A DNA stretch of 63,950 nt, filler included, from an uncultured Methanoregulaceae archaeon (GTDB lineage: Archaea; Halobacteriota; Methanomicrobia; Methanomicrobiales; Methanospirillaceae), in NCBI GenBank assembly GCA_964530035.1. It is 3 parts of 3 records of this genome, joined end to end, with 100 filler letters (N's around TTAATTAATTAA, not from the genome) between each part and the next. Parts side by side here need not be neighbours in the genome. Positions count along the whole stretch, not along the records: positions 1 to 24,519 come from CAZGXZ010000012.1; 2 more parts are not named here. One strand, given 5' to 3'. Below, one piece after another: positions 1 to 10,441 of the stretch (positions within the stretch are counted from its first letter, which is position 1; the number at the start of each line of letters is the position of its first letter). The translations under genes were made by a program, and so were the position numbers. Below the pieces are notes generated by a model. It searched no databases. It had not been told where the DNA came from and saw only the letters and a program-made list of their open reading frames with translations.

Positions 1-1056
1 ATAGTCGGCGATCTGCGAGGAGATGACATGACGCTCCTCGTGGTCCCAGTACCCGGTGACGGGGACATCGTACCGGGCTGCCGGGTAGCAGAGTTCAATG
101 TCCCGGGGGACGAGCCCCAGAGGGGACGTGAGGATAATCTCGTGGGCGCGCCTGTCCACGGCCTTTATAAACTTCTGGTGGCTTTTCGATAAGGAATAGG
201 GCTTTTTTGCAGAACAGGGAAGCAGGACAGCGACATCATTCCTCGGAGGGATATACCTTTGGACGACCCGTTCCATGAACCGGCGAACCTCAACCCGCGC
301 CAGCGAGTCTCCCGAGGTGAAACGCATCACCCCCTTTCTGGAAACCGGTACGGAGGTCTCAAGGGTCGAGTATTCCTGGTCCATGAGCCTGAATACTGAT
401 ACCTGCGAGGGGAAATACCGGGAGCGGGACTCGACGAGGTCCCGGAGCTGCTGCATAGCGATCGCATGGATGATGTGAGCGCATTCCTGGGTGAGTGCGG
501 CCCGGTTATGCATCCAAAGGTCGCCGTCCCTGCACCCCTCGCACCCGCACAGGCCCTCATCCATCGTTTCACGGGGAAAAATTCCTTCAGGAAGGCAGTA
601 TTCTTGCCGGGCCGTGCAGAGGTCGACCGCGGTCCAGTCAAAGAGGTCAAAACCACAGTAACTCAACAGGTGAAGGTTCGAGGGAAGGGCACATGCCGGA
701 GCATACCATGCCACATCTGGCGGATGAAGTGATTTCATCCGGTAGAGCGTTCTGACGAACCGGTGGGGGTCATCGAGGACCGTATGCCAGTTCGGGACGA
801 GCAGGACCCCGTCCCCCAGGGCAGCATTGAGATCGGCCGGATGGATGATGGCGGGACTTCCTGTACAGGCCGGGTCTTTCCCGGCAGCATACCCCGCCTT
901 CGCACTAAGGGGGATGTTTTGAGGCGGTGATGTGAAAATCCCCGGGAACTCATCCGCAGGGTCGATAATCCCGGGAAGACGGAGCCGCCTGCCATTCACC
1001 TCTATGGAACCGGTACGTGCAAAACCGTCACGCGACCTGAAGTCAGGCAGTTTCAT
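1..1056 (-). CDS. arcS: Archaeosine synthase subunit alpha (TgtA2), 3' end runs off the window
   Basis: Not in the ORF track because there is no stop in the window. ATG at 1056 overlaps the tgtA stop (ATGA). Reads [16 protein letters not shown]... and later [20 protein letters not shown]...[33 protein letters not shown], the ArcS signature. Confidence 0.9.
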   Translation of the reverse strand, partial: MKLPDFRSRDGFARTGSIEVNGRRLRLPGIIDPADEFPGIFTSPPQNIPLSAKAGYAAGKDPACTGSPAIIHPADLNAALGDGVLLVPNWHTVLDDPHRFVRTLYRMKSLHPPDVAWYAPACALPSNLHLLSYCGFDLFDWTAVDLCTARQEYCLPEGIFPRETMDEGLCGCEGCRDGDLWMHNRAALTQECAHIIHAIAMQQLRDLVESRSRYFPSQVSVFRLMDQEYSTLETSVPVSRKGVMRFTSGDSLARVEVRRFMERVVQRYIPPRNDVAVLLPCSAKKPYSLSKSHQKFIKAVDRRAHEIILTSPLGLVPRDIELCYPAARYDVPVTGYWDHEERHVISSQIADY

Positions 1057-2501
1057 GGATGTATCACCTTTACACCAGGACAAACGGCGGTGACCACACC
1101 ATCCCACAGGGGATCGCACCGGACCGTGATCCCGGAAGAGGGGTGCGATTTCATGAACTTTAAAATCCCAAGACACCCGGTTCGTACCATTTCCTCGTCC
1201 CAGTCAGGGATCTCACTCTGTCCAATAGGGAAGGTCTCGGACATCTCCTGCGGGTACGGGCCGAAGGGCGGTTTGAAAAAATACACCGCATCGAATCCTT
1301 TCTCCTCCGCACGGTCAAAACTGATAAGGACCCGGTTGTTTTCAGGGAGCCTGACGAGTGATTCATGGTACCGGATAACTTCGGTCCGGAGACAGCTCTC
1401 TGACCCCCGGTAGAAAAAGCGGCGTTTCGAAACCCTGTCCGAGGTCTCAAGGGTCTTGCCGTATTTCAGGAACCGCCGGTACCCCCTGAGCAGCATCGGG
1501 TGCGAACGACAACGCTCGTCCACGAGGTCATACAGGGTACCGTCAAGTATCGCCTGGTGGATCCGGTCAATCTCGGTAAAGGTGACATGGAGGTTGTGAA
1601 GGGCGAGAAGCCTCTCACGGTTCCCTGATTTCAGCATCTCGCCGGGGGACATCGAACGGCAGACCTCGCACGGGCAGGGAAACGTAGTCAGTTCGTGGAG
1701 GTGGTAGCTGCCATGGGCGGTAAGGTACCGTCCTTCCCGGGCATACAGGGCATAGGCAGCCGAGTCGAACACATCACACCCCATGGCAACCGCCAGGGCG
1801 AACATGGAGGGGTGCCCGGCACCGAAGAGATGTACACATGCGGCAGGAGACAGCCCTTTCCTTGCGGCCATCACCACGTCCACAAGGTCGGCGTACCGGT
1901 AGCTCTCCATGAGCGGGACAACCGCGCCAATAGGACAGAACGAAAATCCTGCATCAGAGACTGCTGAACCCGCCTGAGTCCTGAGATCCGGATACATCCC
2001 CCCCTGGACGGGACCCGCTATCGGGGCCTCGGCCCCGAAGATTTCCCTGGCCTCCCAAAGCCGTCCCATCGTAACGGCAAGTTCTGAACAAGCCCGTTCC
2101 CGGTCAGCATCCGGCGGCGTCGGGATGTCGAGTGGAACGAATATGTCCGAGCCGATAGCCTCCTGGAACTCCACTGTTTCCCGGTTCGTGATCCTGATAT
2201 CCCCGTACACCGAGAGCTGAAACGAGCCCGAATCGGTCATGATGACCCCGTCAAAATCATACAGGGAGTGAAGCCCCTCAGCAAGCGCCCTTTCCCTGAA
2301 CTCTGCGCTCCTGGAGATGATGTACGCGTTTGTAATGATGCCGCGTGCACCCATCCGGGTCATTTCTGCAGGTGTAACGAGGGGTACATGGGGGTTGATC
2401 ACCGGGAGGATGGCCGGTGTCGGCAGTACCCGGTTGCCGACTTTCAGTTTCCCGATACGGCCACCGATATCCTTGTCGGTGACCTCGAATGTAATTCCCA
2501 T
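1053..2501 (-). CDS. tgtA: tRNA-guanine(15) transglycosylase (ArcTGT), without a C-terminal PUA domain
   Basis: [42 protein letters not shown], zinc site CPCEVC...HNL. Start placed at MGITFEV. Confidence 0.95.
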   Translation of the reverse strand: MGITFEVTDKDIGGRIGKLKVGNRVLPTPAILPVINPHVPLVTPAEMTRMGARGIITNAYIISRSAEFRERALAEGLHSLYDFDGVIMTDSGSFQLSVYGDIRITNRETVEFQEAIGSDIFVPLDIPTPPDADRERACSELAVTMGRLWEAREIFGAEAPIAGPVQGGMYPDLRTQAGSAVSDAGFSFCPIGAVVPLMESYRYADLVDVVMAARKGLSPAACVHLFGAGHPSMFALAVAMGCDVFDSAAYALYAREGRYLTAHGSYHLHELTTFPCPCEVCRSMSPGEMLKSGNRERLLALHNLHVTFTEIDRIHQAILDGTLYDLVDERCRSHPMLLRGYRRFLKYGKTLETSDRVSKRRFFYRGSESCLRTEVIRYHESLVRLPENNRVLISFDRAEEKGFDAVYFFKPPFGPYPQEMSETFPIGQSEIPDWDEEMVRTGCLGILKFMKSHPSSGITVRCDPLWDGVVTAVCPGVKVIHP

Positions 2502-2505
2502 GGCT

Positions 2506-3069
2506 TTAAACAGGTTCGTGAAAAATCTGGCCTTCAAAGGTCAAAAAACGAACCTCAGGGTCTTTCCAGCAGGTCCTGGAGAGTCCTGCCTTCATACAGG
2601 TGTGTTCCAGGAATTCCCTGCTTTCCCAGTTGTACTCTGTCGCAACTTGTGGCAGCAGGAGCCCGCTCCGGCCCCTGCCCCGTGCAATGAGGCCGTGTTT
2701 TCCGATCACGACCCGTGAAGGACGCTCGAGGGGGTCCCCTTCCAGCAGTTCCGGGACGGTGAGAACGGTTACCTCTACCATTATGGATGAAAGCTCATCC
2801 GGCCTGACCGGCATGAAGCGGGGGTCTTCCACCGCTGCTGCAGACGCAGCTTCCACAATTGCCTCATCAAGAGGCAGTACCGGCTCGGGAAAGCCTATGC
2901 AGCCACGGAGGGCGCCCCGGACACTGAGCGTAACAAACACACCGCGTTTCTCCTTGAAGACCGGGGATATGGCTGGAGACGGGACGTTGTCACCACGCAC
3001 GGTCCGTTCAAGCGATGTACGCGCGAGCTTGACGGCGAGTCCGCCTTCCTCCCGGGTTAGCAGCTCCAT
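2506..3069 (-). CDS. AMMECR1 / TIGR00296 family protein
   Basis: [36 protein letters not shown] motifs. Confidence 0.92.
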   Translation of the reverse strand: MELLTREEGGLAVKLARTSLERTVRGDNVPSPAISPVFKEKRGVFVTLSVRGALRGCIGFPEPVLPLDEAIVEAASAAAVEDPRFMPVRPDELSSIMVEVTVLTVPELLEGDPLERPSRVVIGKHGLIARGRGRSGLLLPQVATEYNWESREFLEHTCMKAGLSRTCWKDPEVRFLTFEGQIFHEPV

Positions 3070-3101
3070 TAACAGTAAATAACCACGTCAGGAATAATAA
3101 T

Positions 3102-3416
3102 AGGAGAGGGAGAGGGCGGCTGACGGTGATACCGAGGGTATTGCTGAGGAAAGTCCCCCCACCCACCGGGCACGCAGCCGCACGCAAGTGCGGGTGGCGA
3201 GAGTCACGGCAATGACACAGAAACGGTACGGCCTTCCCCGGAGCCATGATGCGGGACCATCCGCTGACGCGCCTGAACGGGGTTGGAAGCGTTGAAACGG
3301 TGAACCCCTGCGGGTGCAAGCCAAAACGGGCACACGGGCCGGCCCGGTCCCTGCCCAGGTATGGCGCACAGCTGAATGCCGCCATGAACAGAAGGGGGCT
3401 TACTCCTCCCACTCCA
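3102..3416 (+). ncRNA. rnpB: RNase P RNA (archaeal)
   Basis: GAGGAAAGTCC (5' P4), ACAGAAA, TGAAACG and AACAGAAGGGGGCTTA (3' P4). The ends GGAGAGGGAG and CTCCTCCCACTCC pair as P1. Confidence 0.95.
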
Positions 3417-3486
3417 ATCCCTACCTTTTCAAGGTCCCTGGAACGGACCCCCGGTTACCCACAGATAAGGGTTAGCGAAGCGATCC

Positions 3487-4155
3487 TTACAGCAGCGAAA
3501 CGAGGTCGCGGAGTACTGCGGCCGGGTCTTTGGCCTTCACGACACTTGATGCGAGGAGGACCCCGTCAGTCCCGAGGTCAACAGCAATCCTGACGCACTC
3601 CCCCGACTGAATGCCGGCTCCGGTCAGGATTTTTACTTCCTGGTTCACGGCCCGCACGGCTTCAACCGACCCCCTGATGATATCAGGGTTGGCTTTTGAT
3701 ACGGATATGCCGCTTCCGATGAGTTCAGGTGGCTCGATTGCCACGTAGTCCGGCTTGAGGGCAGCAAGGGCGGCACTGGTCGCCTCGTTGTTCGAGCATG
3801 CCACGGTCCCAAGGCCGTTCCTGCTGCAGGACCCGATCGCGGCCTCTATAGCGGCTATTGTAAGCCTTCGCTCCGAGTGGTTTATGAGCGCCCCCTTTGC
3901 ACCCGCCTGTTTCAGTGCCTCGGCGGTTACGTGACCGGTAAAGGCCCCGGGTGCCACTCCGTCCACATGCTGGGAATAGACCGGGATGTCAAAATGGAAA
4001 CTCAGCGGGTGGATATCCATGAACATGGGGGCAACCCCGATGCTCACCCCGCTCTCTGCCGATACGTCCTGCGCTGCCGCCGCGATATGACGGGCACGGT
4101 TACCGGTGCTTTCGAGATAACACTTGAGGTTGACAAGGATGAAAGGACTGGCCAT
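3487..4155 (-). CDS. tpiA: Triosephosphate isomerase (archaeal type)
   Basis: [37 protein letters not shown]. Confidence 0.96.
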   Translation of the reverse strand: MASPFILVNLKCYLESTGNRARHIAAAAQDVSAESGVSIGVAPMFMDIHPLSFHFDIPVYSQHVDGVAPGAFTGHVTAEALKQAGAKGALINHSERRLTIAAIEAAIGSCSRNGLGTVACSNNEATSAALAALKPDYVAIEPPELIGSGISVSKANPDIIRGSVEAVRAVNQEVKILTGAGIQSGECVRIAVDLGTDGVLLASSVVKAKDPAAVLRDLVSLL

Positions 4156-4215
4156 GGGACTGTTCTCTCCGAGAGATTATCTCGATCGGATGGCGTATGA
4201 ACATATGCAAGCGGG

Positions 4216-6843
4216 TTATTCCGCAGTCCCCCTGTCAGCCGGCGTCCTCATGAAAAGGTGGCCGATGGTCATTCCTCCCAGGGAAATTGCCTGCGCACGC
4301 TTCCTGAACCGCTGCAATCCTCCGGAAGACTGGGGAAGGCCGAATGCCATACACCGGAGCGCATCCCGGTAGATCTCTGTTGCAGCCTGTACATAACCCG
4401 GTGTGCGGCCGCGGGCATCGATCAGCAGCCCACGGACACCTGCGCCGGCAAGGTTCGGGAGGTAGTCAACCAGGCAGGTCTCAACGGCATTTCGTATCAC
4501 TACCCGCCCGGCAGGGTCGTATTGCAGGGTGAACAGTCTCCCGCTGCCATCCCTGATTCCGCACAGGCGACCACCTCCTCCTGAAACAAGGGTGTTACCG
4601 AATAGTTCGAAGAGCGGGTCTTCAGTTATCATGACCTCGCTTTGTCCCTGGACAAGGGTCATGACCCTCTTCCCTGAATACTGGGCAATATGGGCCATGT
4701 CAGATAGTGACGCCTCCGGGGAGGTTACGAGGGTCTTGAAAGCCGGGCCGAGGGCACGCCCTGAATAACCATTCACGATGTTGCACCCACTCCCGGCTGT
4801 CCATTCAATCCCTTCCAGGTCAGGAAATGCATGTGGCATCCACGGACTGTCTGTAACCACGTGGGTAATCCCGGTCTCGCCCAGTGAGGGGAGGATGGCC
4901 CGGATTAGGGTCATGGTCCCCTGGTCGATGATCCTGGGGAGTTTCCATGCGAGGACTTTTCCCTCCTCCATGCACCGGTGTGCCACCTCTCCCATATCAT
5001 CGAGGACGGCAGAGGCACTCCGTGTTTTTTTCTCATTATCAACCTGCATTCTCCCGTTTCCTTCCACCAGCCTGCACTCGTAGTGGACCTCGTGGCAGCC
5101 CCCGTTAAGGGCAGCAGGCACTGATTCAGGTGAATCAACCACGACAACCAGGTGTGCAGTGAGGGGGCCCGCTGCCGGTGAAAGTGCACCGGCTTCTCCG
5201 GAAAAAAAGGAGGTACATCGGTTACGGGACTCCTCTGACCGCTCCTTGCCAGGACGCGATCCCTGGACCAGGGAGTCCTCGACGCGCATAAAAACATCAC
5301 GCCTGATGCCATTCACGACGGAGGGGGGAGCAAAAAGCCCACCCGGGTACTCGAGGGCAAGAGACCTGATGTGTATAAGCGGGTGGGATGATTTCATGAA
5401 CTGCTCCCTGATCTGTCCTTCAGAGAGCGGCCGTGTCAGGGCTTTTTCAAACCCCAGGGGGCTTTCATATGAAAGGTGGACTATCCGCCCACCCGGGCCC
5501 TGTGCGGTTGCATCGATGAAGGGCGCTCCATCGGGTGTGATGATTACGGAGAGGTCAACTGGGATGCTCTTCCTGAAGCGTTCATCGGGGTCCCGCATGA
5601 GAGCGGCGTACCACAGGTTCCTGGCCTTCCTCGATGTGAGATAGACCTGGGCACCGGCACGGTGGGGGCGTCGCGAAGGGAGCCACAGTGTTTCACGGTC
5701 ACAACATGGAGGTTCATGGCACACGAGACCCTCTTCCGCCCCGTCATAATCACGGATGACAAGACCGTCTCCCCTCTCTATCCCCACCTGCCTGGAGGCA
5801 TGGACCCGTACGGTTCCCGGGAGCACCGGGCCTGGTTCTACCATCCCTACCAGGATACCCCGGTCATCAGGGTGGTCCCGCCCCATGAGGGCCTGGCCAC
5901 GTTCTCCGAAAAGGTACCCCCTGGTGAACCCCCGGGAGAAGGCAAGGGTAAGGTCGTCGATGTCATCCTGGGAGGGGACAAACGAACCTGCCGCCACGGC
6001 GTCCAGTGCTTTCCAGTATACCGACGTCACGGTTGCAGCATAGGCTGGTGAGCGCATCCTCCCTTCTATCTTTACCGCAGAAACTCCCGATAAGACAAGT
6101 TCCCTCAATCCGGGATACGAACAGAGGTCCCGGGTTGAGAGAAGATAGGGGTCACGACATGGGATGTGCTTGGGATGAACCGGCCGCCCATAGGGATCAC
6201 GGTCGGCACTGACAAGGTCGTACTTTTTCCTGCACGGTTGTGCGCACATTCCGCGGTTCCCGCTCCTTCCCCCGGCGAGAGCTGAAAAAAGGCACTGGCC
6301 GGAATAGGCATAGCACAGGGCCCCGTGGGCGAATGCCTCGATCCCGACTCCGCACTGGTTGCCGGCTTTGACCAGTTCTGATAATGACGGAAGTGAGAGT
6401 TCACGCGCGGCCACGACCCGGGTTATCCCCTGGGATGCAGCCCAGAACACCCCCTCTGCGTTGTGAATGGTCAACTGGGTGGATGCATGCAGCGCGAGGT
6501 CAGGGACTATTTCCCGGGCCAGGGAGAGCAAACCCAGGTCCTGGACAAGGACGGCGTCCACCCCGGTCTCGTCCAGAAAAACAAGGTAGTTGCATGCATC
6601 CTCCATTTCCCCGGGGAATATCAGGGTATTAACGGTTACGTAAACTTTCACGCCCCGTGCATGAGAATAGGCTGTTGCCCCTGCCAGGGCTTCGTCATCG
6701 AAGTTTTCTGAAAACTGACGTGCTCCGAACCGTCTGCCTCCAAGGTACACAGCATCGGCTCCCGCTGCGATCGCAGCGATGAGCATTTCCGAAGAACCTG
6801 CCGGTGCGAGCAGCTCAGGGACCTGTGCCGTTGAGGGGGTCAT
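4216..6843 (-). CDS. Peptidase U32 family protein, long RlhA-like form (probable Fe-S RNA hydroxylase)
   Basis: PELLAPAG, GADAVYLG, HASTQ, HGALCYAYSGQCLFS...SGNRGMCAQPCR (4-Cys cluster), KIEGRMRS; 875 aa with a DUF3656-like C-terminal part. Confidence 0.85.
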   Translation of the reverse strand: MTPSTAQVPELLAPAGSSEMLIAAIAAGADAVYLGGRRFGARQFSENFDDEALAGATAYSHARGVKVYVTVNTLIFPGEMEDACNYLVFLDETGVDAVLVQDLGLLSLAREIVPDLALHASTQLTIHNAEGVFWAASQGITRVVAARELSLPSLSELVKAGNQCGVGIEAFAHGALCYAYSGQCLFSALAGGRSGNRGMCAQPCRKKYDLVSADRDPYGRPVHPKHIPCRDPYLLSTRDLCSYPGLRELVLSGVSAVKIEGRMRSPAYAATVTSVYWKALDAVAAGSFVPSQDDIDDLTLAFSRGFTRGYLFGERGQALMGRDHPDDRGILVGMVEPGPVLPGTVRVHASRQVGIERGDGLVIRDYDGAEEGLVCHEPPCCDRETLWLPSRRPHRAGAQVYLTSRKARNLWYAALMRDPDERFRKSIPVDLSVIITPDGAPFIDATAQGPGGRIVHLSYESPLGFEKALTRPLSEGQIREQFMKSSHPLIHIRSLALEYPGGLFAPPSVVNGIRRDVFMRVEDSLVQGSRPGKERSEESRNRCTSFFSGEAGALSPAAGPLTAHLVVVVDSPESVPAALNGGCHEVHYECRLVEGNGRMQVDNEKKTRSASAVLDDMGEVAHRCMEEGKVLAWKLPRIIDQGTMTLIRAILPSLGETGITHVVTDSPWMPHAFPDLEGIEWTAGSGCNIVNGYSGRALGPAFKTLVTSPEASLSDMAHIAQYSGKRVMTLVQGQSEVMITEDPLFELFGNTLVSGGGGRLCGIRDGSGRLFTLQYDPAGRVVIRNAVETCLVDYLPNLAGAGVRGLLIDARGRTPGYVQAATEIYRDALRCMAFGLPQSSGGLQRFRKRAQAISLGGMTIGHLFMRTPADRGTAE

Positions 6844-6945
6844 CGAGGACCTCTCACCAGGACTGCGGGAATAGTGTTCCCTGCTGCCAGGGGTAATTGC
6901 TTCACGCGTTTAATGCTCCTGGCGGTTCAAACTGTACACCTTGGC

Positions 6946-7587
6946 ATGAAAATAGTATGCTCCTGTGCACATCCTGATGTCATTCAAAAGTCCTCGCTCA
7001 AGGGAGCGGACATCATCGAGCTCCGCCTCGATCTCATGACCGGCGTACCCCCGTCCCACCTGGAGATGGCGGTAAAAACCGTCGGTCTGCCCGTTATCCT
7101 GACAATCAGGAGCTCGGCTGAATTCGGAGCTTTTGAGGGGACCCCGTCTGAGTGGATGGACGAGGCCGGCAGGTTCCTTCACCTTGCAGACTATGTCGAT
7201 ATCGAGCGGGGTTACCGTGAATATGCGTCAGCCATCAAGGGATCCGGAAAAAAGGTGATCGCATCGTTTCACACTTCCCGGATGCCGGCCTCATCAGAAC
7301 TTGCCGGGATAGAACGTGACCTCCGCAGGTACGGGGACATCGTCAAGATCGCGGCGGCACCCGGGTCCCCTGAAGATTTGATACGGCTCTTTTCCTTTAC
7401 CACGAGAGCGGGAGGTCCGGTCGTGGTAAGCATCGTCGGAGAAACTCACCGCTGGGCACGTGCTGTCTTACCGCATTTCGGCTCGGAATTCGTCTATTGT
7501 TCGGCAGGTAGGCCGACGGCAGGGGGCCAGTACTCCCTTGCCGAGATGATGGAGCTTTCAAGTCTCCTGGGATATCCCCGGAAATAG
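6946..7587 (+). CDS. aroD: Type I 3-dehydroquinate dehydratase
   Basis: ADIIELRLD, ILTIRSSAEFG, YVDIE, IASFH, DIVKIA, AGGQ. Start placed at MKIVCS. Confidence 0.88.
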   Translation: MKIVCSCAHPDVIQKSSLKGADIIELRLDLMTGVPPSHLEMAVKTVGLPVILTIRSSAEFGAFEGTPSEWMDEAGRFLHLADYVDIERGYREYASAIKGSGKKVIASFHTSRMPASSELAGIERDLRRYGDIVKIAAAPGSPEDLIRLFSFTTRAGGPVVVSIVGETHRWARAVLPHFGSEFVYCSAGRPTAGGQYSLAEMMELSSLLGYPRK

Positions 7588-7590
7588 TAC

Positions 7591-8043
7591 TCAGCCTGCC
7601 GGGGTCAGCGACACCTTCGCCGCATAATCCCCGATACATTCCCCGTCAAGCAAGGCCGTGACCGGCATGGACTCTCCCCCTTTCAGGGGCCCGACAAAGA
7701 CCGTTTTCGAATCCCTGACAACGAGGTTCCTGGTATTGACCAGTTCCACCCTGACCATCTGACCTGCTGAAGTGGTATTCCCTGAATTGTAGACCTGATA
7801 CGTGACAGTCCAGTAGCACCCCTCCACAGGGCTCCAATGGGACTGCTGGGAGAGTAGGGTCGCTCCGACGCTTCCAACCCCGGACTGAACCGGCCCGGTG
7901 TCTGCGAGCCGGCTTATGCATCCGCAGGACAGGATTATACACACAAGGACACCTGCCAGGATTATACCGGTTGCAACTGTCCTTAGTTCCGGATCGTATC
8001 TATTATTCGCCAGATGGTCATCCGTACCTCTCTCTTTTCTCAT
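7591..8043 (-). CDS. Hypothetical secreted/lipoprotein-like protein
   Basis: Hydrophobic N-terminal segment ending ILSCGC, then a beta-rich Ig-like domain; starts 2 nt after the aroC stop. Confidence 0.65.
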   Translation of the reverse strand: MRKERGTDDHLANNRYDPELRTVATGIILAGVLVCIILSCGCISRLADTGPVQSGVGSVGATLLSQQSHWSPVEGCYWTVTYQVYNSGNTTSAGQMVRVELVNTRNLVVRDSKTVFVGPLKGGESMPVTALLDGECIGDYAAKVSLTPAG

Positions 8044-8045
8044 GG

Positions 8046-9065
8046 TCAGACCTCCCGGGGGAGGACATGTGAACGGTACCAGGTGTACATCCCCTGTTCC
8101 AGGAGCGCATCGAGTATGACCAGCGCGGCCATGGACTCGGCCACAGGAACGATGCGGGGGACGATACAGGGGTCATGGCGCCCCGATATCCTGACCTCCC
8201 GGGGCCTTTTCTCGTCATCAATGGTTTGTTGTGTACGGGAAATTGAAGGGGTTGGCTTGACGGCAATCCGGATGAACACGTGAGAGCCCGTAGATATTCC
8301 GCCGAGGACCCCCCCGCAGTTGTTCGTCACCAGCCCTCCGGGAACAAGGGGGTCGTTGTTTTCGGAGCCATAACGTCCTGCAGCTGAAAAACCGGAGCCA
8401 ATCTCGACTCCCTTGACCGCCCCTATCCCCATCATTGCGGACGCAAGGGCGGCGTCAAGCTTACTGAAAACGGGATCACCAAGACCGGGCGGGCATCCTG
8501 TTACCGTAATGACCACCGTGCCCCCGACCGAGTCCCCGGAGTCCCTCGCAGCCCTGATCTCTTGGGCCATCTCTTCACTGCCTGATACTCCATGGATTGT
8601 CTCGATACTCCCTGACACAAGCACACCTGCAAGGGAGAGGCATTTCATGGCCACCGCTCCCGCGGCGACACGGCCCACCGTCTCCCGGCCTGATGAACGC
8701 CCGCCACCCCGGTAGTCACGGTGGCGGTACTTTTCCTGCCAGGTCATGTCGGCATGGCCTGGACGGAAGATATGGGCGAGTGAGTCGTAGTCGGAAGAAT
8801 GGTGGCCGCTGTTCCGGACAAGAAGGGCAATAGGCGTCCCAAGGGTCAGGCCCTGCCATATACCGGAAAGGACCTCGACCTTGTCCTCCTCCTGCCGTGC
8901 TGAAACGAGGTCGCTGGTCCCTGGGCGACGCCTGTCCAGTACCTTCTGGATGTCGCCCGTTTCAAGAGGGATCCCTGGAGGACAGCCATCGACCACCGCC
9001 CCGACAGCAGGACCATGGCTCTCGCCGAACGTTGTAACCCTGAAGTTCCTCCCGAAGGTATTCAT
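8046..9065 (-). CDS. aroC: Chorismate synthase
   Basis: TTFGESHG, RPGHAD, RGGGRSSGRET, KPTPSI, GRHDPC. Confidence 0.97.
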   Translation of the reverse strand: MNTFGRNFRVTTFGESHGPAVGAVVDGCPPGIPLETGDIQKVLDRRRPGTSDLVSARQEEDKVEVLSGIWQGLTLGTPIALLVRNSGHHSSDYDSLAHIFRPGHADMTWQEKYRHRDYRGGGRSSGRETVGRVAAGAVAMKCLSLAGVLVSGSIETIHGVSGSEEMAQEIRAARDSGDSVGGTVVITVTGCPPGLGDPVFSKLDAALASAMMGIGAVKGVEIGSGFSAAGRYGSENNDPLVPGGLVTNNCGGVLGGISTGSHVFIRIAVKPTPSISRTQQTIDDEKRPREVRISGRHDPCIVPRIVPVAESMAALVILDALLEQGMYTWYRSHVLPREV

Positions 9066-10441
9066 AAAAGGATGCTCCTGATGCGGTCTGGATCAGTACG
9101 TATACCGGTGAAATGGAAAAACTGCGCGCACGCCTGGTTGATGAACATCTCGGTCCCGGGTATGGTAGCGCATCCCCGCTCCCTGGCTGCCTTGATCAGG
9201 GACGTTTCGGGAGGTGTGTATACAAGATCGAAAATGGTCGTACCAGGACGGAGGAGGTCTTCCGGAACGGAAAGGGGGTCACCCGGAGACATGCCGACAG
9301 GGGTCGTGTTGATGATCAGGTCCGGTTCCAGCCCATGCACCTGCGAAACAGGTACATGCCTGACATTAAACCGCTCGGCAAGCGCCATCGCCCGTTCTGG
9401 AGTTCTCCCTGCAATCGTCACAGAAAAGCCTGACCTTAATACGGCATACACCGCGGCGCGTGCAGCCCCCCCCGCTCCCACGACGAGGGCGTCCGTCCCG
9501 CTCACCCCCGACAGGGCGGTTGCAATGCCTTCCCAGTCGGTGTTCATACCATACGACCGGCCGCAAGAGAAGATGACGGTGTTCACTGCCCCTATCAGCG
9601 CTGCATCATCGGAAACACCGTCCAGGAGGGGAAGCACGGACTCCTTGAACGGGATGGTAACTGATATCCCCTTCATGCCCGAATCCAGGAGGTCGCCCCA
9701 GATATCGGCAATATGCACGGGTTCAAGGCCTATATAGGCAGCAGGGATCCCGTACTGGAAAAACAGGGCAGAAAAGAGGGCTGGGCTCCTGCTGTGCCCG
9801 CAGGGATTGCCTACGACTGCAAAAAGGGTCCTGGCTACATGCCCGTTCCCCTCCTGCATCAGGGGACGAAAAGATTGCCGGTTCAGAACGGTTAGATCAC
9901 CAAGGCGTTTTCGTGCCGGGATTGTTGCAGGAGAGGGTGGGATTCCCTGTATCCAGGATATGATTTCCCGGACGACCTTTTCAGGCTCACTCTTCCCTGT
10001 GTGGATACAGATATCGGACGCACGGCGATAGGCCGGTTTTCGCTGTTCCAAAAGGTGCCGGACCTCGTCGGCAGGCGACATGCCAGTAAGAGGGGGGCGG
10101 TCTGAACCTTCAAGGCGTTGTACAATGACATCGGCAGGTGCATCCAGGACGACCATGAGACTTCCTGCCCTGAGTTCTTTCACATTTTCAGGGTCAAGGA
10201 CAGCTCCCCCTCCGCAACTGATGACACAGTCCGTGACCGGAAGCGACATGATGATGTCATGTTCAACAGCCCTGAAAAATGCCTCTCCATGGACCTGAAA
10301 AATTTCCGGGATAGACATGCCGGTCTTTTCCCCGATGAGACGGTCGGTCTCGAACAGGGGGATTTCCAGCCGTTCGGAGAGTAAATTCCCAACCGTCGTT
10401 TTTCCTGTACCGCGAAAGCCCGCAAGGACGACACGGGTCAC
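9062..10441 (-). CDS. aroE: Fused shikimate kinase (P-loop, bacterial type) / shikimate dehydrogenase
   Basis: N-terminal GFRGTGKTTVG, SCGGG, RPPL; C-terminal GNPCGHSRSP, VTIPFK, GAVNT, NTD, GAGGAARA, INTTPVGM. GTG start overlaps the aroA stop. Confidence 0.93.
   Translation of the reverse strand: MTRVVLAGFRGTGKTTVGNLLSERLEIPLFETDRLIGEKTGMSIPEIFQVHGEAFFRAVEHDIIMSLPVTDCVISCGGGAVLDPENVKELRAGSLMVVLDAPADVIVQRLEGSDRPPLTGMSPADEVRHLLEQRKPAYRRASDICIHTGKSEPEKVVREIISWIQGIPPSPATIPARKRLGDLTVLNRQSFRPLMQEGNGHVARTLFAVVGNPCGHSRSPALFSALFFQYGIPAAYIGLEPVHIADIWGDLLDSGMKGISVTIPFKESVLPLLDGVSDDAALIGAVNTVIFSCGRSYGMNTDWEGIATALSGVSGTDALVVGAGGAARAAVYAVLRSGFSVTIAGRTPERAMALAERFNVRHVPVSQVHGLEPDLIINTTPVGMSPGDPLSVPEDLLRPGTTIFDLVYTPPETSLIKAARERGCATIPGTEMFINQACAQFFHFTGIRTDPDRIRSILL

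Noticed and set aside
275..995. Short ORFs at the window start
   Set aside because: Shadows of arcS, which the ORF track missed.
3008..3593. ORFs overlapping 3100-3416 on both strands
   Set aside because: The region is RNase P RNA; the ORFs have no recognisable motifs.
3487..4155. tpiA as methylglyoxal source for DKFP synthesis near the aro cluster
   Set aside because: Separated by the U32 gene and not in the same operon; too speculative.
6933..6938. TGTACA (TrpY box-like) before aroD
   Set aside because: A single hexamer is expected by chance, and no trpY is in the window.
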